This document shows, one piece after another, positions 25,788 to 37,749 of a stretch of 64,000 nt of DNA (its first letter is position 1; every line of letters begins with the position of its first letter). Made by a program: the position numbers and the translations under genes. The DNA is from Azolla caroliniana (lineage: Eukaryota > Plantae > Polypodiophyta), in contig JBHGNT010000017.1 of NCBI GenBank assembly GCA_043228905.1, forward strand, positions 17,856,001 to 17,920,000, given 5' to 3'. The notes below the pieces were generated by a model that was given only the letters and a program-made list of their open reading frames with translations, was not told the origin of the DNA and searched no databases.

Positions 25788-28700
25788 ATGAACAAGGGAA
25801 AGAAGATTGCTAGGTATGTTTTCCAAACTATATTTTTAGATTCTTCAAAGATTCCTAAAGGATTCCTTTTTGTGTTTGTTAATTTCTGCGTCCAAAATTC
25901 GATGATTTCTATCGAGTTCTCATAATTTCAATGGGAACTTGATGCATTGCATCGATTTCTCGTTGAAAGGAGGGACTTTCATGATCAATATACTAGAATT
26001 GGCCATTTTCTTGCTATTTTTTTGCTTTTTTCTCAATGTTTTTTATGTTACATTACATTTAAAAACGGGTGATTTTTGCCTACTTTTACAAAACTTTACC
26101 TTAGTTTTCAGGTTTACATTGTTTATTTTTAAGATTATTGATATATCATTGTGTTATTACCCATTGGTTTCAGTGAATCACGACAAAAGGTCCCATCCTT
26201 CAAATTAAAGATTCCCTCCCCAACAAAAAACCTTTTGACACCATGGCCAAGCCCGACTCATAGAAAACGTTTATTGAGTCGGGAGGTGATGGGACTTCGA
26301 ACACTTTAGGCAAAAAGAGTAGTGGGGAGCCTCGCCTGAAGAGCCACCCTCATGTCGAGTGAACATTAATCTATACAGAGGACAAAGGAGATTTGCTCCA
26401 TATTTTTGCGAAATCTGAAGGTGAGGGCAAGTTGCAGGTGGGGAAGACCTTCACCTATGACCATGTAAAGAACATCAAATATGAAGACAACGACTCATCG
26501 AATCTCTTGTTCAATGTTGATAGCTCGATGGGGATGAGTAGAGTCAGGATAGATAAACAAAATTTTGTAACTAACTCCTGCTACCTGAAAGCTTTGAAAA
26601 AAGATGTTCAAACAAAAAATAATTTGATTGTTGCTTTGCACCCTTATATAACGGAGAGTTGATGGTTGCGCAAGCAACCACACCACCAAAGTCTACCAAT
26701 AAATCAAAACCGGAACATAAGAAGAAGTACAAGAAAAGGTAGCAACCTGAGGAGGACGAGCCCGAGGTACTCGAGTTCGTGGAAGATGAGGTGGAAGATA
26801 TCGAGCTCGAAGTTATTCCTCCAGGGGGGCACATTGCATCTGGAATACTCACCTCAAAGAAAAATCGGATCAGAGAAAACATTGTAAAGACGAGCTTTTC
26901 TGTAAAGGACAACTATTTCACTTGCCGATCTCCTCTATTAAGAGGCCACCCATTGATCCTGAAACAAGAAGATGGGCTCTATAAATAAGAGAGCCACATT
27001 TAGTGCATGTACAAAACTTAAAAAGCAAAATGAAGATAAATCCACATGCCACTGTAGTGCCATTCTTAGTAATAGTAGACCCTGATCAGTGCCCAACTGT
27101 TGTTGACTTTAAGTACAGTTCGGTTGACGGCTACACATACTACGTGATGGGAGGTTGCCACTCTACTGAAGCTCGACATCCACTTGTGAAGGAGTATCCT
27201 CTTACCCCATTTTTCAAATATGCAGAATGTAAAGTGTACGTTGGTCTCACACATGAAGAAGACAAGCTGCTAGCTTGGGATCATAACAATGATAACGACT
27301 ACTAATAGAAGATGTCATGTATCGAGCGCATTAGATTCTTCCATCACGAGTACCTTGATGTGTTGCAAAAATTTGGTCCTAGGTTGCATCCTGGATTGTG
27401 ACGACAATGTTTGCTTGAAGTGGGGATAACAGTTGACGAAAGCACCAAGTCTAAAGGCCTGAGGAAATATGAATCGTAGTTTCCACTTGCGTTCAGAACA
27501 GGGGAAGTGTGGGACCTCCAAGATTGAATTTTTAGTATGTGGGAGCGAAAAGAAATAAAGGGTCAAAGATCAAAGAAGGTTAAGTTCGACCCACAAGTGG
27601 AGATGAAGTCTAAGTCATGTAAAAGTGACTTAGTAATTGAAGAATTAGCCGAGTATATGAAGCTGCTTCCTTGGCGGTCATTGCAAGGAATCAAAGATGA
27701 CAGATTATTAATATTTGTATTATCAAGAGTGGCCGCCAAGGAGTTCAACCTTGATGAAATGGTCACATAGTTTCAAAAGTGAGTCATCTATGTGATGATT
27801 TATTTTTATTGTATTGATTTGTTGATTTGCTCTTTATTCTAACCTTACTTTCTTTTAATTTTTAGCCATAAGATTTATATGAAGATACAAGAGTTGATGA
27901 TGAAAAAATTGTTCTTGCCTACATTGTCGGGGTAGTTGTGGTTCGTGCGACGAAGTCGCGGGGACTAAGGTTAAGGGGAGTTGGCTATATATTTTATAAG
28001 GCTTGTGGGTTGATGTTAGAAAGATTAAGGATAGGAAGAATAAGAGTTAAAGTATTGTGTGACAAAGAGACGAGCGTAGAATAGAGACAAAGACAATATA
28101 TGGCTCAAGAAGCAATAGTATATGATATTAACATGATTTATATTAAGAAGATAAGATTTTACTACAAAGATTAAGGATAGCAAGAACAAAAGTTGAAAGT
28201 ATTGTACGAGAGAGAGACGAGCAAGGATAAGAGACAGAGACAATGTATGATTGAAGAATTGAAATGGTATGATAGGAACAAACTTTATATTAAGAATACA
28301 TGGTTTTACCAATTGTACAATGCTTCATCGCAAGATGCGATCTTTCTTTGCCAAACTCTGGATTTGAACCCTCGACTTCAACGTCAAGACATGAGCCTCT
28401 TCGCAAATAAGCTAACTTGTTTGTTTAATTATATTATTCTCTAACTTTCTCTTGATTCCCCTCCCTCACTTGATTCCCCTCTTTTTATAGGTGCCCCCAT
28501 GCATATAATGCATGTGAGGGTAAAGACATGCATGTGATGTATGATCGTCATTTGGCGTTCATGCATTACATGTGATGCATGATAGATATCTCGCTCATTT
28601 GAGCTTCCGTGTATGAAAATACACATGGGATAAGTATATGATGGAAATATATTCTAAAATAATTAACCTAGCTTAGTGGTGTATACCTTGTGCTTGGTAT

Positions 28701-29879
28701 ACAAGGTTGAGGGTTCAAGTCTCTCGATTCTACTCCATACAATATTTAGCTTCATTCTTATATCATGAAGCACATTCTTTACAATACTTTTATAAATAAA
28801 TAGCCTAGTGTGGGTTCAAGTTTCTCAAATATTATTAAATACAATATTTAAGTTCATTTTTATATCGTGAAGCACATTCTACACGACAACGTGGGAAGAG
28901 GTGGAGCAATCATGCCTGAAAACATCATCATACAAGGCTCTTGAAGAATTCTTCATTGTGTTTAGAGAATGGGTATGTATGTTGTAAAAAATATTGATTG
29001 ATTTTAGGATAATGGGTATCTTCTTACAAAATGTATAATTACAGAAACCACCTCACTCAAAGAAAATGGGTGACAACAATGAAGGCATACCAAGCGCCTT
29101 CATCACCCATTTGGAACGATCAAAATATGAGAAACGAATGACAAAAGGAAAGGAGCTCGAGGTGCTTGAGGACTTAGATACTATGAAAAGTTTTTTGCAC
29201 AAGGCTGATCCTTTCCGACAATTGTACTATAGTGTTTATAATGGTGATGTGGGTAATATGCTTGACATATTACCCATGAGACATTATACATTACTCGTTG
29301 CAGATATACCATATGGATTCCGGATATCATACGACGATGTACCATACAAATATCCTCAAATAGAGAAGATGGTAAAAGACTTTGTAGAGCTGACCCTGGC
29401 TCCATTATGGCAAATCGTTATATTTCATAGTATGGGTCAGGCTTTATCGGTCACTACTGCATTGAAGTTGAGATGCCATGCTACCGAACACATGCATTGG
29501 TAAGCTTTATGTTACTATATATTTAATATATGGATTCTATGGTGCTTACTACATATATATTAACTTGTTTCAATTCAATTACAAAATAGGGTTAAAACGA
29601 ACGTAACTCGTACCCCGGGTGATCAAATGGTGAGCGTTGTGGAGCATTTGTGAGTGGGATATTATGATGATATTTCTAAGAAGAAGGGTTGGGTACATGT
29701 GAATGAGCGGAACATCGTCAACTATATCATGTACCTAGCTGTAACGAAGAAATTGCGCCATGTGTCTGGCAACAAGAGTCTTGTAAACCCATATCAAAAG
29801 CCCCAACTTGATTAATCTATCGGTCGAGTTGTTCTCGAACCTTGATGATTGGGTGCTCAACTTATTTTCTGGTACACGT
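25788..29879 (+). pseudogene. ParB-like domain + beta-class N6-adenine/N4-cytosine DNA methyltransferase; multi-exon, disrupted
   Basis: ParB-like HVQNLKSKM..PFLVIV..YYVMGGCHSTEAR (27003-27305). MTase motifs LLVADIPYG (29303-29314), NPYQKP (29786-29803) and DDWVLNLFSGT (~29844-29876). GT-AG intron 29500-29589 keeps the frame. Lesions: stops, a frameshift and a solo LTR. Confidence 0.75.
27925..28888 (-). mobile_element. Solo LTR inserted in an exon of the ParB-MTase gene
   Basis: Termini TGTCG...CGACA. Flanks ACAT/ACGT (4-bp TSD with one CpG-type change). Removing it restores LFLPTWEEVEQ. TATA on minus at ~28483-28492. Confidence 0.8.
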
Positions 29880-31235
29880 TGTCATGAAGGATTTGCTTCA
29901 CGATATAAAAAAAACTTCAACATTGTATTAAGTAACATTTGAGAGACTTGAACCCATAACCTCACACCCCAAGGACGAAGCATATACCATTAGGACAAGT
30001 TATTTTCTATAATTATGTTTTTATCATCATACTTATGACATGTGTGTAGCTTAGATGAGCATGATGGCTACCATGCATCACATGTAAAGCATGTGCGCCA
30101 AATGGCGTGACTCTCCACACTAGACTGGACCGTGCTTGACACGAGCAAGGTTCTGTTGTTTGTAAAGTCGTTCGACTTGCTCGACCGTGATAATGTGGGT
30201 CTCCTCATGGAGACGAACGAAGGGCTCACGATCGACTGGGTTGTGGTCAAAGGAGTATGCGGTAGGATCAACAAATGGTGAGACTGGAAAGAGGAGGGGT
30301 CCTCGACAGTCGGTCCGATGCTAGAGACAAAGGCCGAGCTGGTGCCGAGCCGAATAGAAGAGATGAGACGGTGGCCCGAGTCGGGCCAGGCCTCGATCAA
30401 CTTAGTCGCGGGACCATCTGAGGTCGCGGCTCTAGAGGAGCTGACGAAGATGGTGCGCGATCTCCAAATCGCCCAGGCCCGAAGGGGTGATGGAGGCCAA
30501 CCACGAGACCAACGATCGCCGATCGACCAAAGGTGCTTATGGTGTGATGTCGTCGGCCACGCCTGGAGAGACTGTGCCGACTTCGGCGAAGCACTCAGGA
30601 ATGATGTGGTGTACCTTTGGAATGGCAGGGTGCACGCAAGTGATACCCGCAGAATGCTCGAAGTAAACACCAGACGAGGTGGCATGAAGAGGTTGATGGA
30701 GGAGGCTGCATCGCGGCATGTCGAGGCTATCCACTACTCAGCCCCGACCGACATCTGCGTAGGTGGAAAGGCCACTAGCCCTGATGCAAACCCTAGATTT
30801 TGGCCAGTGGTACTGGAGACCTTCTCTAAAGTAAAGCTGAAGGAGGGAGAAGCAGACCGTGCAGAAAGACGTGTATGCAATGCCACCGGATGGAGCGACC
30901 TGGTTCAGGAGAAAATCGGCTTTGTAGAAGTCGCGTGCCAGAACTACAAGGTTCTGGTCGACGACAAGTGGGCCGAAAAGACCGGAGGAGCGGGCCTTTC
31001 AGGGAAGTATGATACCCGGAGCAGACCTAAGAAGAATGATGTCGCTCCGGCTAGATCTCAAGAAAGAGAGAAGGGCAGGGTTCCAAGCTTCCGGTTAAGC
31101 TCGGAAATTGAGAAAATGACGGACCTACAAAAGGTCCTAGAAGAGCGAATCCTTGATAGTCGTGTAGAACTCACACTGAGAGAAGTGCTAGGCATAGCAA
31201 GGAGAGAGTTCCATGATGGCATCGTGGATCTCGTG
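29880..31235 (+). mobile_element. Gypsy-like element fragment: U3 part of an LTR joined by deletion to gag; cut by a Copia at 31236
   Basis: 29880-30107 resembles the reverse complement of the end of LTR 27925-28888. ORF 30318-31238 has a CLWCDVVGHAWRDC knuckle and ILDSRVELTLREVLG. 30110-30200 is homologous to the gag at 53520-53612. Confidence 0.7.
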
Positions 31236-32083
31236 TGAATGTTAATGTGCGAAAGCGTCAGACAGAACCGGCTCAGAGAAGGTTTAATGGAAAAGCTTAA
31301 AACACAGAGGAGACAAAGAGATCAGAACGTACAACTATATTCAAAAATTAACTCTAAAACTCTGTACATACAACGTGCTAAACAACACTATTTATACAAG
31401 TCCATAAAGGACTAACAGAAGTACTGACAGGTACTTCAATGCTCACACGTGCGACTGACACTAATTACGAGATAATGATTACCTAGTAGTCTAGGCTACT
31501 ACTAGGCTTCCAGTTCCCGCTTGAATCCGGCTCTCCAATCTGGCCGGTTGTTTCCGGATACCATCCAGATACCGATCCGGCTCATCCTTCTGGATGCCGA
31601 TCCGGATCTGGTTGAGCGTGCTCGCTCAACACTCCCCCTCAAGCTCAACTTCAGGTCGGATCGTGGTGTTAGTGTTTGCGGCAGCCGGTTCTTCGGCCCG
31701 GCTCCTTCTGGTATTGCTCCGCCTCGCTCGTGTTCCTCGTTCGGTTCGTTCTTGTTTGTTGCGACCCTTCTGGTTCTGCGCACCTCGACCTCCTTGGTTG
31801 GCTTGTTTGCTCAACAGGCCCATTTCAGCTCCCTAGCTGCTGCGACTTCGACGCTTGTCGACCCGTCGGTTCCTTCGTGTTGGCGTCGACTTCCGTTGCG
31901 TCCGTGTCCGCTTGGCCTTTAGTTGATCCGGCTTCTCTGAATCTTGAACCGAATCGGTTTCCTTCGATTCGTTCTAGCTCTTGTCCGAGTCTGTGTTCTC
32001 CAACTCGTCTTCCGGTTCTAGGCCCTTTGTAAAGAATCGGGTATGATTCTTGTGTAGCGGAATAGGTGTGAACTGTGTGTGTG

Positions 32084-32132
<49 letters not shown>

Positions 32133-32785
32133 CGAGGAGTAAGACACAGAGTATACCCAAGGTAGATTATATTAACACCGGAGAAAGACTCAACATAATA
32201 CAAGATGGGAGGAGGGTGCTTTATATAGTCACCCTCTCTCTTCATTAACTACAAGACTCATGGAGCATGGGGAATGTGAAAGCTCATAAGTTATGTGTCA
32301 TAGAATATGATTCTATCACTCATACTAAATGCTAGAATACAAAGAGGTGACATAATGGTGACTCTTGACCGTTGGAGTGTCTATTCACTCTCAAGGTGAG
32401 TTCACACACTAGACCAAGTTGAGCTTGATTCTCAACACGCCCCCTCAAGCTCAAGTCGGGTCGGTTTCAAATGGTATTTGAAATCCACTTTGACTCGCGT
32501 TCCGGAGTCCGTGTCGACTCGCATTTATGCGGAGTTGCGAAATCCGTGCTCCAGCTTGCGTTGTGCGTGGTTGCAAAGTCTGTGCTTCGGCTTGCGTCTT
32601 TCTTCGCGGCTTTGCGCAATAGATCAACTCTTTGCGGCTTCGTTGCGTAGTTGCGTAATCCATGCATTATTACGTAGTGTGCGCGGTATGCGGAATCCAT
32701 GGGTTATTGCGTAGCCTGGTTATTGCGTAGCGTCTTCAGTACTCCCCCTCAAGCTTGGTAGGTCAGGGATCGTCAATCCGAGATC

Positions 32786-33255
32786 GGTCATGAATTGCCC
32801 TAGCTTGTCGGTGTCAGAACCAAGGATAAAAGATAGAGTGATGGAAGAAGGATATTAGAGAACACGAGAAGAAAGGAACCAAATACTAAGAGAAGAATGG
32901 ATGTATAAGATAGAGAAAGAAAGAGAATGGATACAAGATATGTAATGAGAGCTAAAGACTGGTGTTGATTCGAATTGATTTGAGAATACATGTGTGCCCT
33001 TATTTATAGGTTCCTATAGAATAGCTTAGAGATTTCTAGAATGTTTTAGAATGTTCTAGACCTAGAATGCTCTAGGACATTCTAGAACATTCTAGAATAA
33101 TCTAGAGTTTTTACAATAATCAATGTAATACAAGAAGTAGATTTTATTATTTTATATAACAATAAGCTATCTTAATGGTTGAGGTTTTCAAGTATGGATT
33201 ACAAGGTTCGAGGTTCAAGTCCGGGTGACACCATAATGGTCATGTGTTCATGACA
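32786..33255 (-). mobile_element. Solo-LTR-like insertion in the RNaseH end of element C
   Basis: Termini (g)GTCATGAA...TTCATGACA. TATA on minus at 33001-33010. It interrupts KALRAD|DLGL with a small flanking deletion, so no clean TSD. Confidence 0.65.
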
Positions 33256-33422
33256 GTCGGCTCTTAAGGCTTTAGTGAAGATGTCGGCCGTTTGACGATT
33301 GGTGCTAATGTGTTGTAGGTCGACATCGCCAGCTAGAACGCGCTCTTGGATGAAGTGATAGTGCACTTCGATGTGCTTTGTCCGCGCGAGGAACACCGGG
33401 TTCCGAGCCAAATATATACTGC

Positions 33423-34769
33423 TCATGTTGTCACAGTAAAGGGAAGTCGGATCCTTGATGGGTACGCCCAGATCCTTGAGTATCCTTTTGAGACATACGG
33501 CTTCACATGCGGCCACTGTCGCGCCTCTGTGCTCGAAAGAGTGACGGTTGGTTGTTTTTTGCTGCTCCAAGATATTGCTCCACTACCAAGGGAAAAAACA
33601 AATCCGGAGGTTGATCTTCTATCGGCTTTGTAGCCGGCCCAATCGGTGTCTGTGTACCCCTCGAGTCGTATTGGCATCGCGGTCTTGTAGAGGATGCCGC
33701 AATCCATTGTGCCGCTCACATATCTTAAAACTTGCTTAGCGCAATCCAAGTGAGTATCACGCGGTGTTTGCATGAATTGGTTAAGGAGACCAACCGGATA
33801 ACTGAGATCGGGTCGTGTGATCGTGAGGTAGATGAGACTCCCGATGAGTTGCCGATATTGGGTCGGCTCACACGCTTTGGTGCCGTAGTTCACATCGAGT
33901 TTGAGATTGCGATCGAGCGGGGTTGCTGCGGATTTGCACTTAGCCATCCCGAACTTGTATAACAAGTTGAGGACGTAGTGCTGTTGAGAGATCATGATTC
34001 CGGCCGGAGTCCGAATTACCTCGATGCCGAGGAAGTAGTGGAGCTCCTTCATGTCCATCATCTCGAACTTGTTGGAAAGGAGGGATTTGACCTTATTGAT
34101 TTCGACGAGATGCTCACCTCCAATGATTAGATCATGCACATATAAGATGATGACGATCGGACTTACAGAATCGCTTCGTATGTAGAGGGAGTTGTCCGAT
34201 TTTGACATACGGAAGCCGATTTGATGAAGATATTGTGTGACCTTCGAACGCCAAGCACGCGGTGCTTTCTTGAGGCCATAGAGTGGCTTCTTGAGTTGAC
34301 ATACAACTTTCGGATGGGTGCTTGAGTTGAAATTGGGTGGTTGTATCATGTACACCTCCTCTTCTAATTCGCCTTGTAGAAAGGCGTTCTTGACATCCAT
34401 TTGATGGAGGTGCCACCCTTTCGCCGCGGCAAGTGCAATTACGGTCCGTACCGTCGTCATCTTTGCCACTAGGGCAAAGGTCTCCTCGTAGTCAACTCCG
34501 TGCGTTTGTGCATAGCCTTTCGCTACAAGTCGCGCTTTGTAGCAGGTGACAGAACCGTCAGCGTTGTAATTCACCTTGTAAATCCATCTGCATCCGATCG
34601 CCTTTTTGTGTTGTGAGGTGGGAACGAGATCCCACGTGTCGTTCTTGTGTAGTGCCTGCATCTCCTCGTTCATGGCTTCGATCCATTGCGGATCCTTGGC
34701 TGCTTCGGAAAATGTTTCCAGTTCGCGTACTGTCGCCACCTTCATCATAAAGGCATAGTGATATGCCAT
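33423..34769 (-). pseudogene. Copia reverse transcriptase/RNaseH (element C)
   Basis: KARLVAKGYAQ, QMDVKNAFL, ILYVHD (YVDD mutated), TRPDLSY, DRRSTSG. Frameshifted near the end. Confidence 0.9.
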
Positions 34770-35745
34770 GTAGTCGTTGTAGCCGAATCGGCTGACCGGA
34801 TTCTTTTCACAGGTGGAGCGATGAAGCTTTTCATTTGCAGAGATGAGGGCTTTCTTAGCTCCGATTGGTACATCAAAGCTGCCGAACTCACTGTCGAGTG
34901 AGTGAGTTGACTCATTGTCAAAACCCTAAACCGATCGTCTCGTATTCCGACATTTTCGACTTGCCTTTGTCCATCTTCGGGCTAGGCCATGATGTGCTTT
35001 GATCGCTCAAAGGCTCTTGTGGTCCACTCAGTCGGGTCGTGATCGGACTTTTCTTTGAACATGCGCGTAAGGCGATCTTCATCCTCTATCTCTTGTTCGG
35101 CGGATTCCGGGTCGAGCGGAATCGGAGTCGAAGTTGTCTTTGGTGCATACCAGGATGCGGACTCGTCAAAAACGACGTCTCGACTTACTCGAGATTTTCG
35201 AGTTGAGGGGTTGTAGCACTTCCCCTTTTGCTCCAGTGAGTATTCTACGAGGATACATTTCTCCGACTTCGGGTCGAGCTTTTGACGCTTCTTGTCGGGG
35301 ATGTGCACGTATGCAATGGAGCCGAATATCCGAAGAATTTTTAGTGCGGAGTGACCTCGTGCATGCCGGATGTTGTACACTGGTTCATTAGGTAGATGAC
35401 CGTATTTGCAGCTTTGGCCCAATATGACTTGGGCATATGCTTCTCGTTCATCATGGCCCGCGCTACTTCGAGGATGTGCCGATTTTTGCGCTCGGCTACT
35501 CCGTTTTGCTGCGGAATGTGTCGGCAAGTGAATTCTCGCCGAATTCCTTCCTTTCGGAGATACGTCGTGAAATCGTCTGAGAAGTACTCCTTGCCACCAT
35601 CTAATCGAAGGCATCGTACATGACGGCCTGTGGCTTTCTCTACTTCATTCTTGAATTTTTGGAAGTGTCCGAACACTTTGCTCTTTCGCCGCATCGGATA
35701 GATCCAAGTGTGCCTAGAGAAGTCGTCGATGAAGAGCAAGTAATA

Positions 35746-37488
35746 TCAGCTTTCGCCGAATGTAGCCATCTGCGCCAGTCCCCATACGTCGGAATGGACT
35801 ACGTCGAGTAGACCTTTGCTCACGTTCTGCTCTTTCGGGAATGCGTGTCGGTGTTGCTTGCCGAATTGGCATGCTTTGCATACACCTTCAATCTCCTTCT
35901 CTTTGAATGTCGGGAGTCCGATGACGACTCCTTTCGATTTCATTGCTTTGAGTTTGTTGAGATTGATGTGGCCAATTCGCTTGTGCCATAGCTCTATGTC
36001 GGAGTCGGCTTTCGTGCTTTTTGCGAACATGGCGGATTTCATCTCGTGTGAATCGAGAATGAATAACCAACCCTCTCTTCTTCCGCGTGTGATGAGTCGG
36101 TGCTCTTTTTCGATGAAGCAACCGCCTTGATTAAATCGAACTTGCATCCCTTGCTCTACAATTTGGCCGACGGAGACCAAGATCTTCGTAATGGTCAGTA
36201 CATGCAAGAAATTTTTAATGTAATTTTGCTTACCTTCATTTCCGAACGGAACATTGCCGATGTGCTGAATCGGGTGCGTAGTATCGTCTCCAGTTTCGAC
36301 ATAGGCGGGTCGGTCCGGCTCTCGAAGTTCTCGGAACCATTCTTGATGCGATGTCATATGGTTCGAGGCACTGGAATCGACGAACCATACGTTTTTCAGA
36401 CCGGAGGCACTAGTTGAGGTAGAGGCCAACATAGAGTTTGCCCTATGTTTAATCATGAACATTCCGCCATGGTTGGAGTTGTGTGCATACATTCCGCCAC
36501 GATCTTCGTAGTTGGAGTTGTGCCCGTGCATTCCGCCACGATCCTCGTAGTTGGAGTTGTGCCTGTACATTCCGCTATACTCTTCGTAGTCGGAATTGTG
36601 CGCGTAATTCGTGAGTTGTCGGCTTGTGGAAGCCGATTCACACATCTTCTTTCGGCATTCTTCTTCGTGGTGGCCTAGATTTCTGCAATATCCGCATTCG
36701 GTTGCATTTTGACGGCTCGGGCCAGAGTGGAAGCTCCCCCTTCTTGCGAAGGTTCCTCGTTTGCTTCCGTTTTGCGGCCGAAATTGGGAGTTGTTGTCGT
36801 AAGTCAGACCTCGTCCGCCTTGTCCTTGGCCGAATCGGCCCCTCGCTCGTCTGCGTCTTCTTCCTCCGTTCAAGTGCGTGTAGAGCATGTGGCCTTCCGA
36901 CTCATTGCTCCTTGTACGCATGTGGTTTTCTTCGACCAATAGCATTGATTGGAGCTCGAAAAAGGAGGGAAATTTCTCCTTTGCTAGAACGGTGGTTTGC
37001 ATCGCGCCGAACCGTGGTGCGAGGCCGCCGAGGCATATTTGCACCATCTCATCATCATCTATACTTACGCTTATCAAGCCGAGCGAGTCGCAAAGCTCCT
37101 TGATCTTCAAGGTGTATGTCGTGATGGACATGTCCCTTTGTTGAATGTTGGTCAACTCTTGGCGGAGTTGAAGCCTTCTTGCGGTTGTGTTCACCGCGAA
37201 AATCTTTCGTAGATTTTCCCATGCCTCCTTTGGCGTCTTGGCTTTGCGAATGTAGCCGAGCATGTGATTGTGAACACATGTCTCCAAGCAATACATCACG
37301 CGGCTTGCGGCTTGCTCCCATGTCGCGTATCCGGGAGCCACTTCGGCAGGTCGGTCTTCGTGCTCTCCTTTGATATAGCTCCAATAGCCTTGTCCGACAA
37401 GGTATTGGTGCATCTTGTACTCCCAAGATGCAAAGTTGTTTCGATCCAACTTCTTGGTAAGGAGAGCGCTCCCCATTTGAGTATTCAT
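35746..37488 (-). pseudogene. Copia gag-protease-integrase N-terminus (element C)
   Basis: CGYCRNLGHHEEEC knuckle, WFVDSSASNHMT protease, WHKRIGH..CKAC zinc finger. Frameshift at the integrase core. Confidence 0.9.
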
Positions 37489-37694
37489 TATGTCGATTCT
37501 TCTTCTCTCTTCGAATGCGAGCTATGTAGCGAACCTATGATAGCGATTAGCCGGTTCTTGGTCGTCGGCGTAGAGCACAACACACGATCACGATGAGGAG
37601 AATGGGCTAGATCGAGCTACCAAACCTCTCTGATACCATGTAAAGAATCGGGTATGATTCTTGTGTAGTAGAATAGGTGTGAACTTTGTGTGTG

Positions 37695-37749
<55 letters not shown>

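Larger units (their letters stand above)
23124..29879. mobile_element. Sola1-like DNA transposon with divergent transposase and ParB-methyltransferase cargo gene; right part displaced by nested insertions
   Basis: Copia gag homology stops abruptly at 23123. The transposase lies on minus and a spliced cargo gene on plus. The cargo is cut at 29880 by an LTR. Confidence 0.65.

Noticed and set aside
28669-28727. Functional tRNA-Pro gene
   Set aside because: No convincing acceptor stem or D stem, and it lies inside an LTR. Kept only as a tRNA-like finding.
25788-29879. Bacterial or phage contamination as the source of the methyltransferase
   Set aside because: The gene has GT-AG introns, carries plant LTR insertions and is embedded among plant TEs.
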